This document shows, one piece after another, positions 19,875 to 30,000 of a DNA stretch of 64,000 nt (position 1 is its first letter; each line of letters opens with the position of its first letter). The notes under the pieces were generated by a model, which did not search any database, was not told where the DNA came from, and was given only the letters and a program-made list of their open reading frames with translations. The translations under genes were made by a program, and so were the position numbers. The DNA comes from a virus (lineage: Duplodnaviria > Heunggongvirae > Uroviricota > Caudoviricetes): positions 19,249-83,248 of IMG/VR virus record IMGVR_UViG_3300021600_000003, one strand, 5' to 3'.

Positions 19875-21926
19875 TTATTTATATTTAAAGGGATTCTTTC
19901 CTTTATTAATCTTTCCTCCCATTTTCTTAAAGAGATTATCATATCCACTTGCTGTATTCTGTTGAGGAAAAGTAAATCCTTTTGCAACCATAATCTTAAG
20001 CAATTCATTTCTTTCTTTAGAACCCATTTTATCCCAATCTGCTAATTGTTTACCAAGATACTCTTGTAGGTATTCTGATTTAGGATCTGACTGAACATCC
20101 AGAAGATTTTTTGGATTACGATAAAAATTACCACTTTTCCAGTCAAATCCATATGCTGGATTATTTTGTGTAAGTAAGTTATAAGCCAATTTCTGGTTTG
20201 TTTGAACGTCTCCAAGCATATTATTCATAGCATTATTAGCTGTGTACTGCTTCATATTATCATAGTTCTTTCTACCTTCTATAGCTTGTTGGTAGTAACT
20301 TTGATCATTTTGCATATTGACCATACTCTCATTATTTTTAACTTGAGTATTAAACTCTCTAAACTGGTTGTTTATCTGAGCATTCTGATTATCATATTGT
20401 GTACGAATTCCCGGAATTTGGTTTATAGCTTGTCCATAAGCTGATGCTGCTTGAGCATTTCTCATGATAGGGTTAAGGGAGTTGGCTGACTGAGCTTGTT
20501 GATAAGCCATAGCTTTAGCATCTCCTACAGCTTGCTCTGGATTAACTAGAGAAGGAGAAGCATAGGTAGCTGTATATTTTGAACGATATGGCATATATCT
20601 CTGAACATTAGCATATTGTCCCCAATTATATAACTGAGATAGTTTTTGCCATGGAGTAAACTGCCAACTAGCTGTCTTCATACCTTGTTGTTGTTCATTA
20701 ATATTAGGAGGTTTTGGTGCAGGTGCTGGATCAGAGGGCCATTCTGCTGTTCCCGGACTTTTAATATTTATTTTAAGTCTATCTTGTGGCATCTTTCCAA
20801 CAGTTGCCATGTACTCAGCTGTTCTTGGACCCCATAAAGCATCTGTATTTGAAAGAATGTTATCTTTTCCATAATTATTAGCCTTACCATAGTTAGTAGT
20901 AGGGTACCTTGATAATATCTCTTTTGCTTTATCTGGATAGAATTTATGAAAAACATATTGGAAGTCTTGATAACTCTGAGATTGTTTTTTTCCTGCCTGT
21001 GCATCGGCTACTGCCTTATCATAATAAGGTTTGATTCGTGGGTCAATTTCCTCTCCTGCAGTAGGTGTAAATAATGATACAGGAACATTTGCAGTAGAGT
21101 TTAGACCATCCATACCTGATGTACCATCTGGTGCATTTAATGATACAGTAGGTATTTGTACTTGTTTATTACTACTTGGCATACTCCAATCACTTTGTAT
21201 ATCTCTCCATGATTTAGCTGCTGAAGCAGGTTGTTTCATACCTCCCCACTGTGCTTTTGGTAGATAAGGATTATTTACTTTACCACCAGCCTTAGCATAT
21301 TGTTTGTTTTCCTCAATACTTTGTTTTAACTGATTATCATATACTGGAGCTGTATTAGCAGAGAATGATGGTACACCATTAGGTAAACCTTTCTTGTTCT
21401 CTTGGATAAATGCTATATTACCAATTGTATTAATATATTTTTCTAACATAAGAGCTGCACTTTTTTTAGCTAAATCATCCTTATTAGAATCATTCATAAT
21501 ATTTACTAGACTGTTATAGTGTTTGATATCTACATTTCTCTTGAGAACATCAGCAGGTGTATTCCCTGCATATTTCCCTCCTTCCTTTAACTCATATAAC
21601 TTATGATCTTTTGGAGATAAATCTAATCCGTTAAAAGCTGAGAATATAAAAGAATCTGGTTTAAGTAATACATCCATACCACCTTTTGAGTGTCTTTTAC
21701 CTACTGCATTAAATAATGCAGATAAGTCAGGTTGTAATACAACTTCTTTACCCTCAATCTCAACATTTGCTTTATATGGATTTTCCTTTATTGTTGAATT
21801 GATTTTTGGATCAATATTAATAGAAGGATTGTCCTCTGCTGTTGAGAGAGGATCGACAAACACACTATTGTGTTTCTCATTAAATAAGTATTCATTCTTA
21901 TATGTTCTGTTATCTGCTACTCCCAT
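19875..21926 (-). CDS. Q/N-rich virion structural protein, 683 aa
   Basis: ORF track entry. The C-terminal half is strongly Asn/Gln-rich (NQNAQINNQFREFNTQVKNNESMVNMQNDQSYYQQ...). Confidence 0.75.
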   Translation of the reverse strand: MGVADNRTYKNEYLFNEKHNSVFVDPLSTAEDNPSINIDPKINSTIKENPYKANVEIEGKEVVLQPDLSALFNAVGKRHSKGGMDVLLKPDSFIFSAFNGLDLSPKDHKLYELKEGGKYAGNTPADVLKRNVDIKHYNSLVNIMNDSNKDDLAKKSAALMLEKYINTIGNIAFIQENKKGLPNGVPSFSANTAPVYDNQLKQSIEENKQYAKAGGKVNNPYLPKAQWGGMKQPASAAKSWRDIQSDWSMPSSNKQVQIPTVSLNAPDGTSGMDGLNSTANVPVSLFTPTAGEEIDPRIKPYYDKAVADAQAGKKQSQSYQDFQYVFHKFYPDKAKEILSRYPTTNYGKANNYGKDNILSNTDALWGPRTAEYMATVGKMPQDRLKINIKSPGTAEWPSDPAPAPKPPNINEQQQGMKTASWQFTPWQKLSQLYNWGQYANVQRYMPYRSKYTATYASPSLVNPEQAVGDAKAMAYQQAQSANSLNPIMRNAQAASAYGQAINQIPGIRTQYDNQNAQINNQFREFNTQVKNNESMVNMQNDQSYYQQAIEGRKNYDNMKQYTANNAMNNMLGDVQTNQKLAYNLLTQNNPAYGFDWKSGNFYRNPKNLLDVQSDPKSEYLQEYLGKQLADWDKMGSKERNELLKIMVAKGFTFPQQNTASGYDNLFKKMGGKINKGKNPFKYK

Positions 21927-24727
21927 GATTGTAAGATTTTATGTCCACCTTTTTTATATAGACCTTTTGGTTTTAAGTATTCATTAATGAAACGATTAAT
22001 TCTTTTAGGCTCATCAACATTTCCCGGAGAATTTATATCCAAAGCTTCACCTTTATAATGAAAGCTAGTTTTCGTATGTACTGGATTTACCTTCTTATCT
22101 AAACCTTCTCCATAGGTCAATCCATATTGAGGTAAAGCTTGAGCTACCTGTTCTAAAATATTTGGAGTAGCTGCAAAATGCAAGTGATCTCTATGTCCAG
22201 ATATTGGATGACCTAAATCTTTTCCATATTTTCTAGAGGTAAAACCTCCTGTTTCTGGATTATTATAGAAGACCTCAAATACCTTATTAGTACTTGTTCC
22301 TGTATAAGGATTACCAAATCCAGCATCTGAACTATTATCTTGTGCATAAGGGTTTCCACTATAGTAATTTTCTTGATTATTAGCTTGTTCCATAGCTAAA
22401 TTATTTTGTTCACTATTATCTGGACGTACATCTTCTGTTGTAGGAGCAGTATTATCATCTTTAGCTTTGCTTGTTACCTCATCTTCAGTATTACTATCAT
22501 CAAATAAGAAATTAAACATATCTTGTTGAGACATGCCACCATTCTGATAGATATTACCACCCATTTTTTGAGAAGACATTCCTTTAAATAAATCCATACT
22601 ATATGGATGAACAGTAAATGCTTCTTTATTTTTCTCAGAGAGTTTTATATTTCTAAACTTATTTACATCACTCTCAATAATAGGATCTAATCCTAATTGT
22701 TCCATAACTCCTCTATATTCATTACCTAAATCTTGCCAACTTGCTTTATTTAGAAAATCATTATTATTTATAATTTGTTCTTTTGGGTGATATATTGCAT
22801 TATTAGCAAGTCTTTTTTGGTTCATTCTTTCATCAAACTTAACAGGACCAATTAAAGAACGTTCTTGCATTGCTTTTGGATACATATATGTTGCAGCCAT
22901 TCTATCTTCATGCATCATATTCTGCAATTCCTTTAATCCAGCATAATCATGTGTATTAAATTTAGTAGGATTATAATTATCTAATAAGTTATATACTTCT
23001 TTATCTGTTAAAGATGTCTGAGGAATATATGATATTACTTTGTTAACTAAAGGATTATTAGATTGTGGTTTTTTAGGAATACCTATATTAAATGCCTCTC
23101 TAACATTAATCTCTTTATCTATATCTTCCCAATTTTTATAAAGTAAATCATTACTTTGACTTAAGTTATTGGGAAGAATACCATTATCAACAAATCTATT
23201 AGCATCTTCTTGTAATTTTAAAGAAGCAGTCCAACCTTCATCTGCATTCTGTCTCATTATATTTAAAAGTCCTCTATTCTTATATTTCAAGTTACCATAC
23301 CAAGGTGTACCATTTTCATAACTACTCATAGATTTTCCTACAAATGAATTTTCAATTGGAGAACTATATCCAGAAGTATGTTGATTACCATCCCATAATC
23401 CATACTCCTTAAGGTTATCTATTTTACTATATTCTGCTGTATTTTTTACAGGAGATAAATCACCAAATCCATTACCTAACTCATATAATTTCTTATCTCC
23501 TTGTTGAGTAAATATGCCCAATTCATCTACTCCTACATTACTTAATCTTGTAGGCATTAAGTTCTTTGCTCCTCTATACATACTTCCAGCTATAGGTAAT
23601 ACATCTAAAGCAGTAAATAATGTATTGGTTGATGCATTTCCTACATCTCTTAAATTCTTTACATTTGACCACTGATTATATAAATTTGGAGTATTCATTA
23701 ATGCTCTACTACCAATATATGCTGATCCTGCATTCATTAAATTTGCTCCAGCAATACCTCCTATATTGGTAGTTAACCCTTGACCTATAGTATTTACTAT
23801 TGAACTTTCTGCAACTGTTGAACCAATAGCATCTAGTGCAGAAAGTCCAAGTGGTGCAAGTTCAGCAGCAACATAAGGAACTAATGTACCTACTGCTAGA
23901 TTTCTAGCAAACTCTTTACGTTTTCTACTTGTTATATTAACTTGACTCTGAGGGTCTTGTGAGGTAATTCTTAAATAAGGATCTACTTTTTGACCATAGT
24001 TACTATCTCTAGAGATAGGAATATTGGATGCTTTTAGCTGTGGTTGTTCCTTTGCTTGTAAATTTGATAATTCAGAATTCCATCCTATTTGTGCTTTAGG
24101 TAGTACACCACCTTTCTTTACACTATTAGTAAGCATATTATAATTTAGTCCACCTTTCTGAAAATTAATCTTAGCTCCTATATTAATTCCAGTACTACTT
24201 TTTTCCTCTAAAGGATTCATTCTATTAAATTTAGCAGTAAGATTAAAACGTTTAGTAATAGGAAATTCTGCTGAAGCACCAAATTCGGTTCCCTCCTGAT
24301 TTCTTTGAAAATAAGGATTGAATACCGGTCCACTATTAATCTTCTGTTTTGGAAGATATAAATTAATAGGTGCTTGTCCACCTTTTTGATACATAGAATG
24401 ATCTGGAGATAAATTAGGAATAGATATATCCATTGCTCCCATACGGGTACCACCATCATCATATTTATCTAACCAACCTACAGAATCTCTTGATATTATT
24501 CTACCACCTACTTGCATAGGTATCTCTCTGACTACATCTCCCTCAAACTTATAAGGATTCTTTCTACCTGCCTTCATCTTTTTCTTATTACCCTTATTGT
24601 CTATTCCGAATAAGTCAAAAGGAGTATTAGACATATCTATTAATCCCTCTGGAGTATGAATATCCAGATAGGGATTATTAGCGTATGGAGAACCTTTACT
24701 GTATCCTAGTAGTGACTGTAAATCCAT
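21917..24727 (-). CDS. virion/tail protein, 936 aa, with a C-terminal LAS-type (peptidase M15-like) zinc-peptidase motif; candidate virion-associated peptidoglycan hydrolase
   Basis: C-terminal GHPISGHRDHLHF...TSFHYKGEALDINSPG matches the S-x-H-x2-G-x-A-x-D / H-x6-D signature of D-Ala-D-Ala-carboxypeptidase-like peptidases. Confidence 0.8.
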   Translation of the reverse strand: MDLQSLLGYSKGSPYANNPYLDIHTPEGLIDMSNTPFDLFGIDNKGNKKKMKAGRKNPYKFEGDVVREIPMQVGGRIISRDSVGWLDKYDDGGTRMGAMDISIPNLSPDHSMYQKGGQAPINLYLPKQKINSGPVFNPYFQRNQEGTEFGASAEFPITKRFNLTAKFNRMNPLEEKSSTGINIGAKINFQKGGLNYNMLTNSVKKGGVLPKAQIGWNSELSNLQAKEQPQLKASNIPISRDSNYGQKVDPYLRITSQDPQSQVNITSRKRKEFARNLAVGTLVPYVAAELAPLGLSALDAIGSTVAESSIVNTIGQGLTTNIGGIAGANLMNAGSAYIGSRALMNTPNLYNQWSNVKNLRDVGNASTNTLFTALDVLPIAGSMYRGAKNLMPTRLSNVGVDELGIFTQQGDKKLYELGNGFGDLSPVKNTAEYSKIDNLKEYGLWDGNQHTSGYSSPIENSFVGKSMSSYENGTPWYGNLKYKNRGLLNIMRQNADEGWTASLKLQEDANRFVDNGILPNNLSQSNDLLYKNWEDIDKEINVREAFNIGIPKKPQSNNPLVNKVISYIPQTSLTDKEVYNLLDNYNPTKFNTHDYAGLKELQNMMHEDRMAATYMYPKAMQERSLIGPVKFDERMNQKRLANNAIYHPKEQIINNNDFLNKASWQDLGNEYRGVMEQLGLDPIIESDVNKFRNIKLSEKNKEAFTVHPYSMDLFKGMSSQKMGGNIYQNGGMSQQDMFNFLFDDSNTEDEVTSKAKDDNTAPTTEDVRPDNSEQNNLAMEQANNQENYYSGNPYAQDNSSDAGFGNPYTGTSTNKVFEVFYNNPETGGFTSRKYGKDLGHPISGHRDHLHFAATPNILEQVAQALPQYGLTYGEGLDKKVNPVHTKTSFHYKGEALDINSPGNVDEPKRINRFINEYLKPKGLYKKGGHKILQSWE

Positions 24728-24730
24728 TTA

Positions 24731-27025
24731 TTAGTTTTTATGAAATCCATGATTCTTTTTCATCATTAATGCAAATGCTCTTCTATGTCCTGTACATTTA
24801 GGATTACTCATTGGAGTACACCATCCTTCATGATCAGGATTAACAGCTCCTCTTAACCAGTTTCCACCCTCTTTCATCATACCTTGTTGTTGCATCATAG
24901 CTTGCTGATTAGGATCCATTTGTTGCTGTTGAGGCTGTTGTTGTTGAGGTTGCTGTTGCTGTTGACCTTGCTGTACAGCTTGTGCCATTTGTTGAATAGC
25001 TTGTTGCTGTTGCTGTGGTTGCATTTGCTGTAACTGTTGCATGATCTTTCTAGGATCCTGTCCTGCTATCTGAGCATAAGCTTGTATCAACTGCATAACT
25101 TGCTGTTGCTGCCCTTGTTGTGCATGTTGAGCTTGTCTATGGGAAGCCTGACGTTTTGCAGGGTTACCACCTTTTCTTAGTATCATATCGTCTTGATTTA
25201 TATCTCCACCACTTTCGTAGTTTTTTAAATTAATATCTCTATATGGTAATACAGCATCTAATGTTCTACCAAAGAATCCTATATTATCTAACTCACTCTT
25301 TATTTTACTAATATCTTTTGGTTTAATAGTATAAGGTTGATTATTAAATGGTAGAGTTTTTAAGTTATTAATACTTCTATAGTTTTCACCATTTGACCAC
25401 AATTGATGAGCTAATGGGTTAATCATACTTTGACTAAGAGTATCTCCGGGTAATTGAGCAGGAGGACGTACATCACCAATTCCTAATATTCCTAATCTTC
25501 CTCCTGTCTGATATTCATCTAATCCCATATCTAAATCATCAGGAGTAGGTTCGATTAAATTATTTCCTATATTTCTCATTGTTTGATTAAATCCACCCCA
25601 TTGTTTATATGGATGAGGACCCTTTCCAAATCTCATTAACTTACTTATTAAATCTTTTACAACCATATCATCTATAGAATAACCTCCCATAGCTTTCTCT
25701 GGATATGATGGATGTTTACCACCAGTCATATTCATAGGACCAGCATCATTACTCCATTTACCATGCTCTCTTAATATATTCTTTAGATTACCTCCAAATT
25801 TGGCATAGTAACTATATGGATTCATCATCCCTCCTTGTTGTGCATACATATTATTTGGTGTATATTGAAAGTTAGATACTGGCATAGCACTCATTTGTCC
25901 TAATGCTGTTTGTTGATTATAGTCATATTGATTCTGTTGATTACGAGCATGTATTCCTGATAGGAAATTTGCTCCAATTGCAGCACCTCGTATTCCTAAG
26001 AATACATCAAATGGGTCAGTCTTCTCTTTTTTAGCAAGTTGTTTAGGATGATTTGTACCCGGACCAGCACCAGCTGCAGTTTGATTAGCTTCTGCACGAT
26101 TTTGGTCTTGGTTTATATTATTACCATCATAAGGGTTAGCTGTCTTTTGTCCATTTACTGGATCTGTAGTAAAACCAGTATTAAAATATTGAGTATCATT
26201 TCCCGGAGCATTATTAACATCTGCTAAAGCTGCTGCTTCTTCTTCTGGAGTTAATGGTAAATCAGTTGAAAGTGGAGGGGTATTAGGTTGATTGGCTTGA
26301 TTAGGAAGCCATGGATTTTTTCCAAATGGAGAATAAGTGACAGCTTTACCGGGCATATTAATAGTAGGTACATAATTCTGAGCAGGAGCTGTAGATGCAG
26401 TAGTACCTTGAGTACCTTTACTATCATCTCCTGTTTGTACCCAACTATCTGTCTTTTTGTCATAGTATCCCGGACTCCAACTACCATCTAGATTCTGAAT
26501 ACCTTTATTGGTACCACCTGTTTGTTTTTTCTTACGCATAGCATCCTTCATAGCTTCTTGTCTCAATCTTTCCGTACTAGCTTTATAGTTTGCCCAAGAT
26601 TTTCCAGTAAAGCCATAAGGAATAACATCTCTTTGAGGTTCCCATAATGGAGTATCTCTATTTACATAATTTAAAGCTAATTCACGAGATATATTCTTTA
26701 ATTGTTCAGTTGAAATTTCAGGGTGAGCCATATTGAAACGATCAAACCCATCATCAGGAAAAGAAGAACCTTTTCTTTTATCTAATAATGGAGGTAATTG
26801 TAAATCATCATAAAACTTATTATAAATAGGCTGTAATTGTTCCATTGTTAAACTAGATTGAAGTGGTCCAAGACCACCTACTTGAAGTTTTTTCTTTGGA
26901 CGTAGATGTTTTTTAGGTACTTCATCTGGTAGATGTTTATAATCTGTCTGTTTGCCCCATTTATCTGCCCATTCTTGATGAGTAGCAAATGCCCACTTAC
27001 TTTGTTGTTTAGATTTGAATGGCAT
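24731..27025 (-). CDS. poly-Q-containing virion protein, 764 aa
   Basis: ORF track entry. C-terminal QQGQQQQVMQ...QQGQQQQQPQQQQPQQQQMDPNQQAMMQQQ low-complexity tract, followed by a Cys/His-rich tail CTPMSNPKCTGHRRAF. Confidence 0.75.
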   Translation of the reverse strand: MPFKSKQQSKWAFATHQEWADKWGKQTDYKHLPDEVPKKHLRPKKKLQVGGLGPLQSSLTMEQLQPIYNKFYDDLQLPPLLDKRKGSSFPDDGFDRFNMAHPEISTEQLKNISRELALNYVNRDTPLWEPQRDVIPYGFTGKSWANYKASTERLRQEAMKDAMRKKKQTGGTNKGIQNLDGSWSPGYYDKKTDSWVQTGDDSKGTQGTTASTAPAQNYVPTINMPGKAVTYSPFGKNPWLPNQANQPNTPPLSTDLPLTPEEEAAALADVNNAPGNDTQYFNTGFTTDPVNGQKTANPYDGNNINQDQNRAEANQTAAGAGPGTNHPKQLAKKEKTDPFDVFLGIRGAAIGANFLSGIHARNQQNQYDYNQQTALGQMSAMPVSNFQYTPNNMYAQQGGMMNPYSYYAKFGGNLKNILREHGKWSNDAGPMNMTGGKHPSYPEKAMGGYSIDDMVVKDLISKLMRFGKGPHPYKQWGGFNQTMRNIGNNLIEPTPDDLDMGLDEYQTGGRLGILGIGDVRPPAQLPGDTLSQSMINPLAHQLWSNGENYRSINNLKTLPFNNQPYTIKPKDISKIKSELDNIGFFGRTLDAVLPYRDINLKNYESGGDINQDDMILRKGGNPAKRQASHRQAQHAQQGQQQQVMQLIQAYAQIAGQDPRKIMQQLQQMQPQQQQQAIQQMAQAVQQGQQQQQPQQQQPQQQQMDPNQQAMMQQQGMMKEGGNWLRGAVNPDHEGWCTPMSNPKCTGHRRAFALMMKKNHGFHKN

Positions 27026-30000
27026 TATCGTATACTTAAGAGTTTCTTAATATTATATAATTTTGTTATAAACTTATTCTTTCCAGATACACTTCTGATA
27101 AGACGGAATTTATTATAGTAATGTCTAAATTTCTTTCTTTGTTCTTCTGCTTTATCCATATCAATAGCTAGTGGATTAATAACTTGTTTATAACCACTTT
27201 CATCTGTTGGAAATAGATGATTTTCAGCTAATGTAAATTCACCTCTATCTTTAACCATATCCCAGAATTGATTTATACGATACTTGTTTTCCTCTTTTGA
27301 GAAAAGAATATCATATGTTACCAAATCAGTAGTACTTCTTATTGGATATTTGATATCTAACTCAGGTTCGTTAGAACGATAGTTTAACCTTAAAAGAGGA
27401 GATATCTGTTCACTGTTACTTACAACTAAATGTGAGAAGTTCTCGTGATGCATATGAAAACGATCTCTTCCAAAATTCTTATAGTGATATACCTCTAATA
27501 AATATTCTAATGAACGAGGTATCTCTATCTGTTGTCCAGAATTAGATAAGAACTCTATCTCAAAAGGATAATCTACTCCATAAAAGTTACAGAAACTATC
27601 ATAACTTTCATTATGTTTATAAGCACTATTTCCCTTAATAGTCATAAAGTGATCATCTCTCTGTATAGTCCAATCAGGATGCCAATCATGCCAACTTATA
27701 AATCCTTTATCTAGAGGACTATATGATAATGTCCATGATATATCATTAAAATATCTTTCATCTCTGAGAGATATAGCATTTCCTTTATATATAAATGCAC
27801 TACCATTCCATGTAATATCCTTAATCAAATCTCTCTTTGGTGAGAAATCTCTCTTACACAAATAAAATGTTTCATTAAATGAATCAAAAGCTGTTAAATA
27901 ACCAACTCCAGATATAGGATTCTCTATCTGAGGATATATAGGAAAATACTTATATAGAAAGATAGGCATATAGTTTTTACACCAATACGATATACCCTCT
28001 CTAGAGATATCATCTAAATTCTCTGTATAGTTTATAATTCTACCTTGTCTTTCAGATGGATAATATCTACCAGTATGACTATTAGTAAAAGCATATCTGC
28101 TATTACATGCTGCATAGTTATTATCTGTAGGCATAATCTCACGTGGATCTTGAGCAAATAATCCACCATCTCCTATAGTAATCTTTCTACCAGACTGATC
28201 AAGAGATAAGAAATCTCTACCCATTGTAATAAAAGGAGATGCCTTAGAGAATAAGAATATTACCCTATCCTGATCTAACTTATGTATACCTGTTAACTCA
28301 CCAAAATCACTCTCACGGAAAGCAAAGTAGTTAGCTGGTAAGAAGTGTTGCCAGTTATCTCCTTGTTGCATATTAAATGCTGGTAAAGAGTATATTACAC
28401 TATTTGTTTGTTGAGTTGGTATTGGGTCAGCAGGATCAAAATTAAATCTCTGCATAGGTGAAAATATCTCTGTTGTATATAAATCAGAAAAAGCACGAGA
28501 TATATTAAATTCCTCTGGAGAAGATAAACGATCTGAACGGAATATTTCAGTTAGATTTCTATCTTTCTTTGAATAGTAAGGAAACTCATTCAACTGCTTC
28601 TCTCTAAAGTCTACATTATAATCAGCCTCAACAAAGAAGTCTAATCCAGCATTATTGGATAAGTACATATAAGCATTATCTACTCTACTGATATTTTTCT
28701 TATCATTACCTATACAATCTAAATTATACTTACTTGTTGTACTACTTGAGAATTTAGTATAGTTTATTGTTTTAGGAGATATCAATTCAGCAAAATCAAA
28801 CTTAGTAGTATCCATCCAGAAACGAGGGTATCCTATATTACGATATTTTCTATAATCATATTCTACCCCTGAAGGATAATTTGTATTAGCTAGATTCTGA
28901 GAGAAAAACTGCATTCTCTTTTGGAATTGGAAACGAGTAATAATACAATCTCCCCCATATAAGATAGGAGTAGTACTAAAATCACTATCAAATGGTAATA
29001 AACAACCATGTATAGATACAGAAGATGATGACCCTAATTGTCCATATTGGTTAGGATTTATCTCCTTATTAGTAACATAGAATGCTGAACCTACTGACTT
29101 TGTTTTTTTATTTAAGTCACTACATACCTTAAATCCACTAGCTGTATTTCTTGTTGTATCTTTTGTTGAAGGATCCTTTATAGCTTTATTTAATTGAAGA
29201 TAAATAGAAGGTTCTCTCAATAGGTTATTAAATACTTCACCTTCTATTGATACTACAGTTGAAGGTATTTGTAAAGCAGGTTTAACTAAACGTCTTCTCT
29301 TATTACCTTCAGAAACACATATAGATTGATTAAAGATAGCAGAAGCATTATACTGATATACATAATCAGTAGATGCCATAAAGTTATAGATAGTATTTAA
29401 TATTTCATCAGAATACCTAATAATAGAGATTGCTGTTAAAACAACAGTTGCTGATGCTGAAGCTATAATTTTCAATACATCTTTTAAAAGCTTAATATAT
29501 GTCTTTATCTGCTTCCAGTTAGTAGGATTTCCGGGATTACTTGCTATCAAAGCTAATAAGTCAGATATTGCATCTAGTGTAGCTGTACCAGTAATAGATA
29601 AAGCAGAACCACCACCTTGTGAGGTAGATTGTGTGGAATGTGTTACACCTGCTGGTGATGACGAATTAGGTCCAAAATTTATATTTGTTACTCCGGGTGT
29701 TGTAACAAAGTCTGATGTACCTGTTGCTGTAATGTTTAAACTTGCTTTTCCCTTATCTGCTCCAGTACCTGTTGTATTTATACGAGTTTTTAATCCTTGT
29801 GCCTCAAAGTAGGTCTCAATAGTACCAACAGTTAATGCTGCCCAGAAGGCAAATTGTGTAAGTAATTTACCTTGTGGATGATTATGTACCAAGTCGAATT
29901 TACCACTAACATCAGCTATTTCCTCACACTCAATCTTTATCTCTGGACCAAGTGAATACTTTGGCTCAAAAGAGGTATGAGGAGAGTAAAAAGTAAACTT

